Part shown: piece by piece, positions 9,340-18,512 of the stretch
Numbering within the stretch: position 1 is the stretch's first letter
Layout of the letters: each line of letters opens with the position of its first letter
From: Deltaproteobacteria bacterium
GTDB taxonomy: Bacteria > Desulfobacterota > Binatia > Binatales > Binataceae
NCBI GenBank assembly: GCA_003135135.1
Contig: PLDK01000030.1
Location: forward strand, 2,006 to 66,005
Reading direction: 5' to 3'
Length of the DNA: 64,000 bases
Notes under the pieces: model-generated
What the model saw: the letters and a program-made list of their open reading frames with translations, nothing else
What the model was told of the DNA's origin: nothing
Databases searched by the model: none
Made by a program: the position numbers and the translations under genes

Positions 9340-10561
9340 TCGCGGCTCCCTGGCCGACGCGCGGGATGCCCTGCAGGGCAACCACGCCAACATGATCCAT
9401 CGTCGCGACCTGGTGCGTCCTCAGCGCGGTGCCGATTTTGGCACCGACGTTAAGCGCCGGCTCGACGTAGCCGACCATCGCGGACAGCGCCTCGACGCCA
9501 ACCTCCGCCTGATCGAGCATCTCCCACGGCACGATCGAAACCTTGCCGCTATCCGGATCGATCGGAATCAGAGAGACATTGACCAGCGGAAATCCGTGTC
9601 CATGCGGCGGAATCCAGGTGGGATGAGCGGCGACCAGAGGGCCGACCTCGGATAGTCCCCAGAGCGGAAAGATCGGGCGGCCGCATAGCGCTTCCATATG
9701 CCGCCGCCATCGCGCCGCGAAAGATCCTGTCGATACGAAGACATAGGCAGACTGACTAATCATCGGCGGTATCCGACCGCCCGCCAACATTGCGTCGGCC
9801 TGGCTTCGTTGAATGATCATGTAGTTGTCAGTCACGAAGTCGGTCAACTCGCCGGTGTCGAACTGTTCGAGGCTGGCAAATACAACAGGCTTACCCTGTG
9901 AAATGGCCAGCAAAATACCTGTCAGCATCTCCCACGAGCCGATCACAGGTTCGGTGCATACAAACGGGATCTCGCGCAGCCGGGGAATGAACGCTGCCAT
10001 CGAGGCGGCCATCGCCGACACAGAGAAATGTGAATGCGCGACCAGGCCACGGCCGCTCGGAATCAGTATCGCGGGCTCCGTCGCACGTATAGCTGTTCCC
10101 GCCGCGCTGAATGTCCCTTGCAGTTCGCTCCTGGCGACCATTCTGACGCCCGCGGCTTGCGCAGGCCCGGCGCCATCTGAGGTGATGAGCGCAGAAGCCT
10201 TCCCCTCGGCAAGCCGGGACGCAAGCTGCTCGGCGGAGTCCGCGGGATTTGCGAGCAAGACGCGGCGCCCGGCGAACAAACCGGCAAGGCACAGGCACAG
10301 GCTCTCGAGCGGATCAGGATCGGAGATCGCGATGGTGCCGGTGAGGCCGGCGGCCTGGATGCCGCCGGCCAGACTCAGGCTTTGCTCAAGTAGTTCACCG
10401 TAAGTGATGCGGACATTTTTGTCCACGACCGCGATGCGGTCCTTCATCGTCGCGAATCGCTGCCGGAACAGACGGCCGAGCGGCTGCTGCGCTACCGGAA
10501 CTCGTCGCGGGATGCCTGCAGGCCAATACCATGATGGCAACGCACCGCCGACTTTGGACAT
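9329..10561 (-). CDS. AMP-binding (acyl-CoA ligase-like) protein lacking P-loop and C-terminal domain
   Basis: WPAGIPR, ITYGEL, VAHSH, WGLSE motifs; no TSGTTGxPKG; ends at the hinge. Confidence 0.7.
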   Translation of the reverse strand: MSKVGGALPSWYWPAGIPRRVPVAQQPLGRLFRQRFATMKDRIAVVDKNVRITYGELLEQSLSLAGGIQAAGLTGTIAISDPDPLESLCLCLAGLFAGRRVLLANPADSAEQLASRLAEGKASALITSDGAGPAQAAGVRMVARSELQGTFSAAGTAIRATEPAILIPSGRGLVAHSHFSVSAMAASMAAFIPRLREIPFVCTEPVIGSWEMLTGILLAISQGKPVVFASLEQFDTGELTDFVTDNYMIIQRSQADAMLAGGRIPPMISQSAYVFVSTGSFAARWRRHMEALCGRPIFPLWGLSEVGPLVAAHPTWIPPHGHGFPLVNVSLIPIDPDSGKVSIVPWEMLDQAEVGVEALSAMVGYVEPALNVGAKIGTALRTHQVATMDHVGVVALQGIPRVGQGAASAN

Positions 10562-10563
10562 GA

Positions 10564-13419
10564 CTATCCCTGAAAGGTCGCCTTCTCGTAATCGATGTTG
10601 GTCTGCCTATCGCTCTGTGATGGCGCCCAGCTGAACAGCGTGTACTCGAAATGCCGATAGCCACCGGCAAAGTGGAGCCCTTTGGGCGGGCCAGGCATCA
10701 GGCCGTCCGCGGGCATGCCATTGGGATGCTGATACGGCTCCCAGGCATGGTAGATGACCAACTGATCCGGTCGCACGCAGGCGGACGGCTTCGCTCTCAC
10801 CAGAAATTCGCCGTAGTCGTTGTACACGCGAATGAAGTCGTGGTCCTCGATGCCTTTTTCGCGCGCGGCAGTATTATTGATGAATGCGAACGGCTCGCCG
10901 CGATGCAGCTTCATCATTTCGAGCGAGGTATGCCAATTGGCGTGGATGCTCCACCGGACGTGGCCGCCGGTGATTCTCATGGGCTGATGACCGCCGATGT
11001 CGGGCGGCCGCTTACAGCGGACGAGGGCCTCGTCCGCTTCGACGAAGTATGGGTGATCGATGTAGAACGCGATGCGCCGGGTGGTGGTCGCGTACGGGAC
11101 CTTCAGTTCCACCTGGTCCCTCATTGGCACATGGACCTGGCGCGGCACCATATCCGAGCTCTGGCATACCATTCCGTGCCAGGGCGGACGCCCGCTCAGC
11201 CAGGCCTTGCCGTTCTTGCGCATGTTGGCGAGGTTAACGTCTTCACCGTCAAGGCTGGTGAGCCATCCCAGCTCGCCGAGCGCATGGAGGCAGTCATCGA
11301 CCATGCGCTCTTCGTCGGCGTTGGTCTCGCCATAGCGGTTGCCGTAAGTCGCCCGCCAGTACAGGTCGTCGACGATGACCTCACGGTTTTCGCCGGCCTT
11401 GTACTTTTCGATGCCGCGGGCCTTCAGGTGCTTCGCGATGCTGCCCAACACGCCAAGCGCAATCTGGCGATCCGATCGGGACTCTCCCTGCATCGGTACC
11501 GACTGATCGGTGAAGCATAGCAGCCGCGTGTCGGGCGTCGAGTACTTTACATCCGCGTACTCATAGTAAGAGGCGGATGGCAATACATAGTCTGCATAAA
11601 GACCGGTCGTGCTCCAGCGCGGATCGAAAACGACGATCGTTTCGAGCTTCGGCCATAGGGTCTTTATATAGGTATTCATGCCGCCGCGATGACGGCGCAG
11701 CGGATTCGATCCTGATACGAACATGGCGCGCGGTGTGACTTTCTGGTCGAATCCGTCCCACCAGCCCTTGGCGACTGCGTCTTCGGCGTAGTCACTGATC
11801 TTCTTGTCCGTATATGGATCGTGCAGATGCTTGTCCCAGACTTCCTTGTATCCGGCGTGGCGATACCAGAGAAAAACCCCGGGCGTGAGCGTGCCTGACA
11901 TTTTCAGGCCCTCATGCGCCGTGCCGTTGGCGGCCTCGACCGGCGGCATCGTGGGGTCCATCTTAAGGCGCGTCTTGTAATCCTCCATCATCATCTGGGT
12001 CACGGTCGCGGCCGCGGCGATCGGGTTGTCCGATTCAATCACCTGCTTCGGCATTCCGGAGACAGCCGCCATCGAGGCCGAGATCTCCGTTCCCGGCGAC
12101 CATCCCTGAGTGCCGGTGCCCGGTTTGCCGACGTTGCCGGTCAGCGCAAGGATGTAGCAATACGAGCGCTCGAGCAGATCGCCGTGATAGAGCTTGCCCG
12201 TAATGAAGTTGATATAGCCGAAGATCTTGCGGGGCGGCCGGCAGAGCTCGGCGATCTGCTGGAGCATGTCCGGGTGAACACCCGACATCTCATGGACCTT
12301 CTCCGGCGTATAGCCGTCAAGGCGTTCCTTGAGCAGGCTGAAAACCGATCTGACGTCGAGCTTGGTCCCGTCTTTCAGGCGCACGCTGGTGCGCGTGTCG
12401 AGGGCATAGTCGGCGGCCATTTCAAGCGTGCCCTTCGGCATCTGCACGGGCTGTCCGGTCGCGGAGTCGATTGCATAGAACTGTTCCGGGTCTCCGCCCT
12501 CGCGCAGGTGGGCTTCTGTCAGGAACCGGCCATCATCTGATCGAACCAGGATTGGCAGATCGGTCTGTTCCTTGACGAAGTGCTCGTCGATCCATCCGTT
12601 GTCGATCAGAATCTTTGCTACCCCGAGCCACAGCGCGGGATCCGCCGACCAGTCGATGGGCACCCAGATGTCGGCGAACTGGCATGAAGGATTCTTGTCC
12701 GGTGCGACGGCGATTATCTTGGCGCCGCGATAGCGGGCTTCCAGGATGTAGTGAATGTCTGGAATGTTCGCATACACCGGGTTGGACATCAGGATGATGG
12801 TGTCGGGCAGGAACCAGTTCTCGATGCCGGGCGCGTGATGCATCTCGCCAAAGGTCAGCCACTGGCCGACCTTGAAGTCGCCGGTCACGAAGTCGAGATC
12901 GAAGCTCACTCCACCGAGTAACGAAGTCATGCCGGTGGTCGAGCCTTCTGCGGCGCCGCGAAACACCCCGATGCCGTTGGCGGCGTGGTCGTCAATCAAA
13001 GCCTTGGGGCCGTATTTCTGGATGACACCGGCAATCTTGTCGCCGATTTCCTCGAAGGCCTGGTCCCAGGAGATCTTTTCCCATTTCCCGCTGCCGCGCT
13101 CGCCCGCCCGCTTCATCGGGTGCAGCACTCTGTCGGGTCCGTACATCGCGCGCGAATGTTGATAGCCCTTCTGGCATCCGCGCGGATTGTAGTCGGGCAC
13201 CTTCGAGTCGGGGTCGTCGAACTCCGGATAGGTGCACGAGATCTCCTCGCGAATCACCTTGCCGTCCTTGGCATAGACCCGGAAGGGACAACTGCCGGGG
13301 TAGCAGTTGACCCGATGAGTCCCCCACTTGCAGCTATCCCATTCAAAATATTGGCGCTGCTCCTGCACAGAATCCCGTCTCGCCCCGGAGTTCTGAGGCT
13401 TATCCGATTCGTTTGCCAT
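10564..13419 (-). CDS. type II DMSO-reductase-family molybdoenzyme alpha subunit (EbdA/S25dA-like), paralog 2
   Basis: GTHRVNCYPGSC...PRGCQKG FS0 motif, GDF putative Mo-ligand Asp, GKLYHGDL, GHVRWSIH, YHAWEP. Confidence 0.9.
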   Translation of the reverse strand: MANESDKPQNSGARRDSVQEQRQYFEWDSCKWGTHRVNCYPGSCPFRVYAKDGKVIREEISCTYPEFDDPDSKVPDYNPRGCQKGYQHSRAMYGPDRVLHPMKRAGERGSGKWEKISWDQAFEEIGDKIAGVIQKYGPKALIDDHAANGIGVFRGAAEGSTTGMTSLLGGVSFDLDFVTGDFKVGQWLTFGEMHHAPGIENWFLPDTIILMSNPVYANIPDIHYILEARYRGAKIIAVAPDKNPSCQFADIWVPIDWSADPALWLGVAKILIDNGWIDEHFVKEQTDLPILVRSDDGRFLTEAHLREGGDPEQFYAIDSATGQPVQMPKGTLEMAADYALDTRTSVRLKDGTKLDVRSVFSLLKERLDGYTPEKVHEMSGVHPDMLQQIAELCRPPRKIFGYINFITGKLYHGDLLERSYCYILALTGNVGKPGTGTQGWSPGTEISASMAAVSGMPKQVIESDNPIAAAATVTQMMMEDYKTRLKMDPTMPPVEAANGTAHEGLKMSGTLTPGVFLWYRHAGYKEVWDKHLHDPYTDKKISDYAEDAVAKGWWDGFDQKVTPRAMFVSGSNPLRRHRGGMNTYIKTLWPKLETIVVFDPRWSTTGLYADYVLPSASYYEYADVKYSTPDTRLLCFTDQSVPMQGESRSDRQIALGVLGSIAKHLKARGIEKYKAGENREVIVDDLYWRATYGNRYGETNADEERMVDDCLHALGELGWLTSLDGEDVNLANMRKNGKAWLSGRPPWHGMVCQSSDMVPRQVHVPMRDQVELKVPYATTTRRIAFYIDHPYFVEADEALVRCKRPPDIGGHQPMRITGGHVRWSIHANWHTSLEMMKLHRGEPFAFINNTAAREKGIEDHDFIRVYNDYGEFLVRAKPSACVRPDQLVIYHAWEPYQHPNGMPADGLMPGPPKGLHFAGGYRHFEYTLFSWAPSQSDRQTNIDYEKATFQG

Positions 13420-13436
13420 TTTTTTAGCCTCTATGA

Positions 13437-16295
13437 TTATACAGGGAGAGTTGCCTTTTCGAAGTCAATGTTGGTCTGCCGATCCGACTGCGAAGGAGCC
13501 CAGTTCCACAGGGTGTACTCGTAGTGGCGGTAGCCGCCTGCGAAGTGGAGGCCCTTGGGCGGGCCGGGCAGCAAGCCATCGTAGGGCATCCAATTTGGAT
13601 ACTGATACGGCTCCCATGCGTGGTAGATCACGAGCTGGTCGGGCCGCGTACAGGAACTGAGCTTCGCCCGGGTTATGAAAGAGCCGTAGTCATTGTACAC
13701 GCGGATATAATCATGATCCGCGATGCCCTTTTCCTTCGCGACGGTGTCGTTGATGAACGCAAAGGGCTCACCGCGATGCAGCTTCAACATCTCGTAGGAC
13801 ACTACCCAATTCGAGTGAACGCTCCATCTAAGGTGTCCGCTGGTAAGCCGCAAGGGTTGTGCGCCGCCGATGTTGGGTGGCTGCTTGTAACGGACGAGAT
13901 GCTCGTCGGCCTCGATGAACCATGGATGGTCGAGGTACAGCTCCATTCGCCGCGTAGTGGTCGCGTACGGCACCTTTTGTTCGATCTGATCGCGGAAGGG
14001 CCAGAATATCTGGCCCGAAACCATGTCCGCGTTCTGGACCACGGTCGCGTGCCAGGCGGGGCGGCCGCTCAGCCACGCTTTGCCGTTCTTGCGCAGGTTG
14101 GCGAGCGTGAGCTCTTCACCGTCGAGACTTTCGAACCATCCCATCTTTCCGAGCGCGTTATAGGTGTCGTTTACCAGACGTTCCTCGTCTTCGTTGGTTT
14201 CGCCGTAGCGTCCTCCGAAGGTGCCCCGCCAGTAGAGCTCCTTGACGACGATCTCCCGGTCACCGGACTTGTACTTTTCCACGCCTCGCTTCAGTAGATG
14301 CTCCTGAATGCGTTTGAGCAGCGCGAGCGTGATCTGGCGGTCGGACCTGGACTCGCCGAGCATCGGCACGGTCTGGTCGGTGAAGGTGCTGAAGCGGGTC
14401 GCCGGCGTCGAGTACTTGGCGTCGGCATACTCATAGAACGATGCGGCCGGCAGCGCGTAGTCAGCGTAGAGTCCCGTGGTGCTCCAGCGCGGATCCAGCA
14501 CCACGATTAGCTCGAGCTTCGGCCACAAGGTCTTCAGGTAGGTGTTCATGCCGCCGCGGTGCCGGCGGAGCGGATTCGATCCGGATACCAGCATTCCCTT
14601 TGGAGTGACTTCCTTGTCGGGGTGTACGAACCCCTTCCACCAGCCGTTGGCGAGCGATTCCTCGGCGTACTGGCTGATTTTCTTGGGCGCGTTCGGGTCG
14701 TCCAGGAACTTGTCCCAAACCTCCTTGTACCCGGCGTGGTGGTACCAGAGCCAAACCGGCGGCGAGAGTGTGTTGCCCATCCTTAGGCCTTCACGGAGCG
14801 CACCCAAAGCAGCCTCGGCCGGAGGTATCGTCGGGTCCATTTTGAAATATGTCCGATAGTCCTCCTGTATCTTCTGCATCATATTCATCGCGTGAAGCAA
14901 AGGATCGCCGGTCTCGAGCACCTCGTTGGGCATCCCGCCGACGACGGCGGCGCCGCCGATATACTCGGCTCCGGCCGACCATCCCCGCGAGCCCGTGCCG
15001 GCCTTGCCGACGTTTCCGGTCAGCGCGAGCATGTAGCAGTAGGAGCGCTCGAGCAGATCGCCATGGTAGAGTTTACCGGCGTTCCAGTTGACAAAGACGA
15101 ACACCTTGCGCGGCGGCTTGACGAGTTCGGCCAACTGGGCGAGTTGGTCGGGGTGGATACCCGAAATCTCGTGCACCTTTTCCGGCGTGTATTCAGCGAT
15201 TCGCTTCTTGAGCAGCTCGTAGACCGTCGTGACCTCGATCTGCTTCTTGTCCTTGAGGGTAACTTTCCATTTGCCCTCGAGCGCGTAGTCGAACGGCATC
15301 GCCAGCGTGCCTTTGGGCAGCGGCTCGGGTTTGCCGGTGGCGGTGTTGATTGCGAAGTGCTGCTCCCCGTCTGCGCCCTCGGTTAGGTCGGACTCGCGCA
15401 GGAACCGTTGGTCGTCCATGCGGACCAGCACCGGGAGATCGGTCTGCTCCTTCATGAACTCGAGGTCGACCCATCCCTTATCGATCAGGATTTTGCAGAC
15501 GCCGAGCCACAGCGCCGGATCGGCCGACCAGTTGACCGGGAGCCACATGTCAGCGAACTGGGCAGTGGCATTCTTGTCGGGCGCGATCGCGACCACTTTG
15601 GCCCCGCGATAGCGCGCCTCGAGAATATAATGGATGTCGGGAATGTTGCCGTATGCCGGATTCGAAAGAGCGATGACCGTATCGGCGAGGAACCAGGTCT
15701 CGATTCCCGGAGCGTGCTGGAACTGCCCGAAGGTCAGGTACTGGCCGGGGTTGAAATCGCCGATGAGAAAGTTGAGATCGTAGCTGACCCCGCCCAGGCG
15801 CGACACGAAGCCGGTCGAGGCGCCCTCGCCGCCGCCGCGCAACACGCCGGCGCCATTGGTTCCATGGTCATCGGAGATCGCCTGCGGCCCGAATTTCTGG
15901 ATTATGTCGACGAGCTTGCTGGCGATTTCATCGTAGGCCTGGTCCCAGCTGATCCGTTCCCACTTGCCGCTACCGCGCTCGCCCGCCCGCTTCATCGGGT
16001 ATAGCAGCCGGTCGGGGCCATACATCGCTTTCGAGTGCTGGTAGCCCTTCTGACATCCACGCGGATTGTAGTCGGGCACCTTGTAGTCGGGGTCGTCGAA
16101 CTCCGGATAGGTGCACGAGATCTCCTCGCGAATTACATGGCCGTCCTTGGCATAGACGCGGAACGGGCAACTGCCCGGATAGCAGTTGACGCGATGGGTT
16201 CCCCAGCGGCACTTATCCCATTCCCAATAATTGTCGGGGGCTTGGGCTACCGCCTGGCGGGCCTCGGGATTTTCGTCGCCTTTGCGCTTGCTCAT
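13437..16295 (-). CDS. type II DMSO-reductase-family molybdoenzyme alpha subunit (EbdA/S25dA-like), paralog 1
   Basis: Same motifs as paralog 2; start at ATG 16295 (ATGA overlap with beta-subunit stop). Confidence 0.9.
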   Translation of the reverse strand: MSKRKGDENPEARQAVAQAPDNYWEWDKCRWGTHRVNCYPGSCPFRVYAKDGHVIREEISCTYPEFDDPDYKVPDYNPRGCQKGYQHSKAMYGPDRLLYPMKRAGERGSGKWERISWDQAYDEIASKLVDIIQKFGPQAISDDHGTNGAGVLRGGGEGASTGFVSRLGGVSYDLNFLIGDFNPGQYLTFGQFQHAPGIETWFLADTVIALSNPAYGNIPDIHYILEARYRGAKVVAIAPDKNATAQFADMWLPVNWSADPALWLGVCKILIDKGWVDLEFMKEQTDLPVLVRMDDQRFLRESDLTEGADGEQHFAINTATGKPEPLPKGTLAMPFDYALEGKWKVTLKDKKQIEVTTVYELLKKRIAEYTPEKVHEISGIHPDQLAQLAELVKPPRKVFVFVNWNAGKLYHGDLLERSYCYMLALTGNVGKAGTGSRGWSAGAEYIGGAAVVGGMPNEVLETGDPLLHAMNMMQKIQEDYRTYFKMDPTIPPAEAALGALREGLRMGNTLSPPVWLWYHHAGYKEVWDKFLDDPNAPKKISQYAEESLANGWWKGFVHPDKEVTPKGMLVSGSNPLRRHRGGMNTYLKTLWPKLELIVVLDPRWSTTGLYADYALPAASFYEYADAKYSTPATRFSTFTDQTVPMLGESRSDRQITLALLKRIQEHLLKRGVEKYKSGDREIVVKELYWRGTFGGRYGETNEDEERLVNDTYNALGKMGWFESLDGEELTLANLRKNGKAWLSGRPAWHATVVQNADMVSGQIFWPFRDQIEQKVPYATTTRRMELYLDHPWFIEADEHLVRYKQPPNIGGAQPLRLTSGHLRWSVHSNWVVSYEMLKLHRGEPFAFINDTVAKEKGIADHDYIRVYNDYGSFITRAKLSSCTRPDQLVIYHAWEPYQYPNWMPYDGLLPGPPKGLHFAGGYRHYEYTLWNWAPSQSDRQTNIDFEKATLPV

Positions 16296-17374
16296 GACTG
16301 GCGCCCCTTCCCGGCCTCGACACCCTGCTCGATCGGATCGACCGGAGCCAAGACATTGAACGGGGTGAAGGCGTCCGACCATTTGTAAATGATGAGAAGA
16401 TCCATCAATTCGGATTTTTCGCCGCGCTCGGCGCGTGCGCGATGGTCCTTGAGGGTAACCATCGCCTGGTCAAGACCGGGTCCGAAGTACTTCCGAAGAA
16501 GATCGGCCGGAATATCGGCTTGACCGGTCGGCTTATTCCCGGCTCCGAAAGTCGTTGGCCGAATGAACGGCGGTATGTAGTAAACGTTGGGACCGGTCTT
16601 GAAGTCCGGACGCAGTGGCAGGGCGACTTTGTATTCGTTGACGAGCTTGGCGACGAAGCTCTCCTTGTCGTCCAGGTAACCGAAGTACATCCCGCGTGCG
16701 GGACAGCTCTTGGCGCATACCGGAGCGTAATTGTTCTCCAGCCTGCCCGCGCAGAAGTCGCACATCTCGTAAGTGCCTGCGACGATGTTCTCCATTGGAA
16801 TCTTGTAGGGACATTCCGCTGCACACAGGCCGCATTCGTCGCACGAACTCGGATCGATGACGACGATCCCGTCCGCCTCGCGCTTGTGCAACGAGTTCTT
16901 GTGTCCGTTCCCCTGGCTCGACGGCATGCCGCCGCCTTTGGCGAAGTGCTCCTGGCAGACGGCGATGCAAGGAGCATCCGTGCAGTGATTGCAAAGCCGC
17001 GGCATATAGAAAAAATAACCGTTCGGCCACTCGCCGGCGCCCTGATCTTCTTCCCAGATGGGTCCCCACTTCGGCGGCTCTCCGGTTTCCTTGGTCACCG
17101 GATGCAGGTACTTGGCGCCCACCGGAGAGGTATAGACCTCCTCCCAGTTGAAGTTCCACGTTCCGCCGTAGTCGCGAACCCGGTCCGGAACCTTACGGCC
17201 CAGTTCCATCCATCCCTTGGGCCACCCCTCGCCGGGCTTGGTTTCGCACCATATGTACCGGAGCATCTCGGTGCCGGGATGGTTAAGACGGTGAGTGCTG
17301 CAGGCGACGGTACAAGTCTGACACCCGATACATTTATCGAGGTTGATCACCATCGCGAGTTGTCTTTGGCTCAT
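16292..17374 (-). CDS. Fe-S beta subunit (NarH/EbdB-like)
   Basis: QLAMVINLDKCIGCQTCTVAC, YMPRLCNHCTDAPCIAVC, CDECGLCAAECP, CDFC...CAKSCP, PNVYYIPP. Confidence 0.9.
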   Translation of the reverse strand: MSQRQLAMVINLDKCIGCQTCTVACSTHRLNHPGTEMLRYIWCETKPGEGWPKGWMELGRKVPDRVRDYGGTWNFNWEEVYTSPVGAKYLHPVTKETGEPPKWGPIWEEDQGAGEWPNGYFFYMPRLCNHCTDAPCIAVCQEHFAKGGGMPSSQGNGHKNSLHKREADGIVVIDPSSCDECGLCAAECPYKIPMENIVAGTYEMCDFCAGRLENNYAPVCAKSCPARGMYFGYLDDKESFVAKLVNEYKVALPLRPDFKTGPNVYYIPPFIRPTTFGAGNKPTGQADIPADLLRKYFGPGLDQAMVTLKDHRARAERGEKSELMDLLIIYKWSDAFTPFNVLAPVDPIEQGVEAGKGRQS

Positions 17375-17592
17375 GGCATTGCCTCTCTAATCTTTTATGC
17401 TGACGTAAATGAGACCCCGGTCTCTTGTTCGAAGGCGCTGGCCTTCAATTCGAACGCATCCCGTCGCACCAGGGCGCGTGACCGCACCCGAGCGTGACGC
17501 CCCCCAAGAAGGACGTCTCAGCTGGTATTCGGCTTGAGCATTTCACATCACCGGTCATTCGGAATTCCAATAGCGCGGTCGTGTTTTACGTA

Positions 17593-17608
17593 TGCACCGC
17601 TCGTGCCA
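17593..17608 (-). promoter_or_regulatory. sigma54 (-24/-12) promoter for the molybdoenzyme operon
   Basis: Minus strand TGGCACG-AGCG-GTGCA versus consensus TGGCACG-N4-TTGCW, about 220 bp upstream of the beta-subunit start. Confidence 0.65.
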
Positions 17609-17769
17609 TGGAGTGCCGGCGCGCGTGGCTGCCGAATTCAATTTCTGTGCTGCGTGTGTCGCTTATGGCTACAGCCGCGATGGTGCCATCCGCACCATTT
17701 TTTTCTGAAGCAGGGCTTGATCCGGTGGCGCAGGACACGCGTCGGAGTTCGGCCCCATTCTCATCGGCC

Positions 17770-17889
17770 CCTAACGCTCGTTAGGCTAGCAGCATAGAGA
17801 AAGGTTCAGTGTCAATTCTACAACCCGGGTTTCAAACGTGCGACTGATGATAGCCAGCGTGCGCAACCAACCTAACAAGCGTTAGGCTA
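17770..17889. promoter_or_regulatory. two palindromic operators CCTAAC-N4-GTTAGG(CTA)
   Basis: cctaacgctcgttaggcta at 17770-17788 and cctaacaagcgttaggcta at 17871-17889. Confidence 0.6.
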
Positions 17890-18008
17890 CGCAGCGGGCG
17901 GCGGCTTTCGATGCGCGATATCCGCCAATTTACGGTCGGGAAGAAAGACTGGACCAACGAATGCGAGCACGCGCATCCGCCGCCGATTCCAGCCGCTGAT
18001 GCCTGGAT

Positions 18009-18482
18009 CTAGTGTCCAGCTGGGCCGGGAGCCCCGTCTGCGGAGCCGGGCTTGCCCTTGGGCCACAGCGTTTCGACTTCGCGCGCGAACGCGCCGTAGA
18101 TCTCGTTTACCAACTCGGCATGCCTGATCAGAATTCGCATGTCGCCGGTGATTTTGATCTTGCCCTTCAGTCCCGCGTCGATGAGATCGATCTGTCCAGC
18201 CGCGACCTCTTCGAATACCGATGCGGGAAGCTCGAAGATGAACTCGAAATCCTTGCGCGGCGGTGGCGCGTCGGCTTGCCGGTACTCGAGACATTTGCCG
18301 TCGGTGAACAACACCACGAAATTGCGCAGCTCGCCGGCCGGGAGATAGAGCGAGCGCGCATCGCCGACAACCTTCGCCAGCACGTGGAAGGTGCCACGCG
18401 GGGAATTTTTATCGACTTTCGGATTTTCGTTGAGCAGCTTTTTGATCGCCTCGTACCATTCGGTTGTGTAAATCGCAGGCAT
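18009..18482 (-). CDS. SCP2 sterol/lipid-binding domain protein
   Basis: YTTEWYEA...ELPASVFEEVAAGQID...GKIKITGDM. Confidence 0.8.
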   Translation of the reverse strand: MPAIYTTEWYEAIKKLLNENPKVDKNSPRGTFHVLAKVVGDARSLYLPAGELRNFVVLFTDGKCLEYRQADAPPPRKDFEFIFELPASVFEEVAAGQIDLIDAGLKGKIKITGDMRILIRHAELVNEIYGAFAREVETLWPKGKPGSADGAPGPAGH

Positions 18483-18512
18483 GATATTCCTCTGGTGGCC
18501 GATCCGGTTCGC

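Noticed and set aside
6233-16295. Selenocysteine read-through at TGA stops in the operon
   Set aside because: The TGA stops overlap or closely precede the next start codons, and no conserved Cys appears replaced by TGA
10564-17374. Annotation as respiratory nitrate reductase narGH
   Set aside because: Alpha subunits are about 950 aa with hydroxylase-clade motifs; no narI, narJ or narK present
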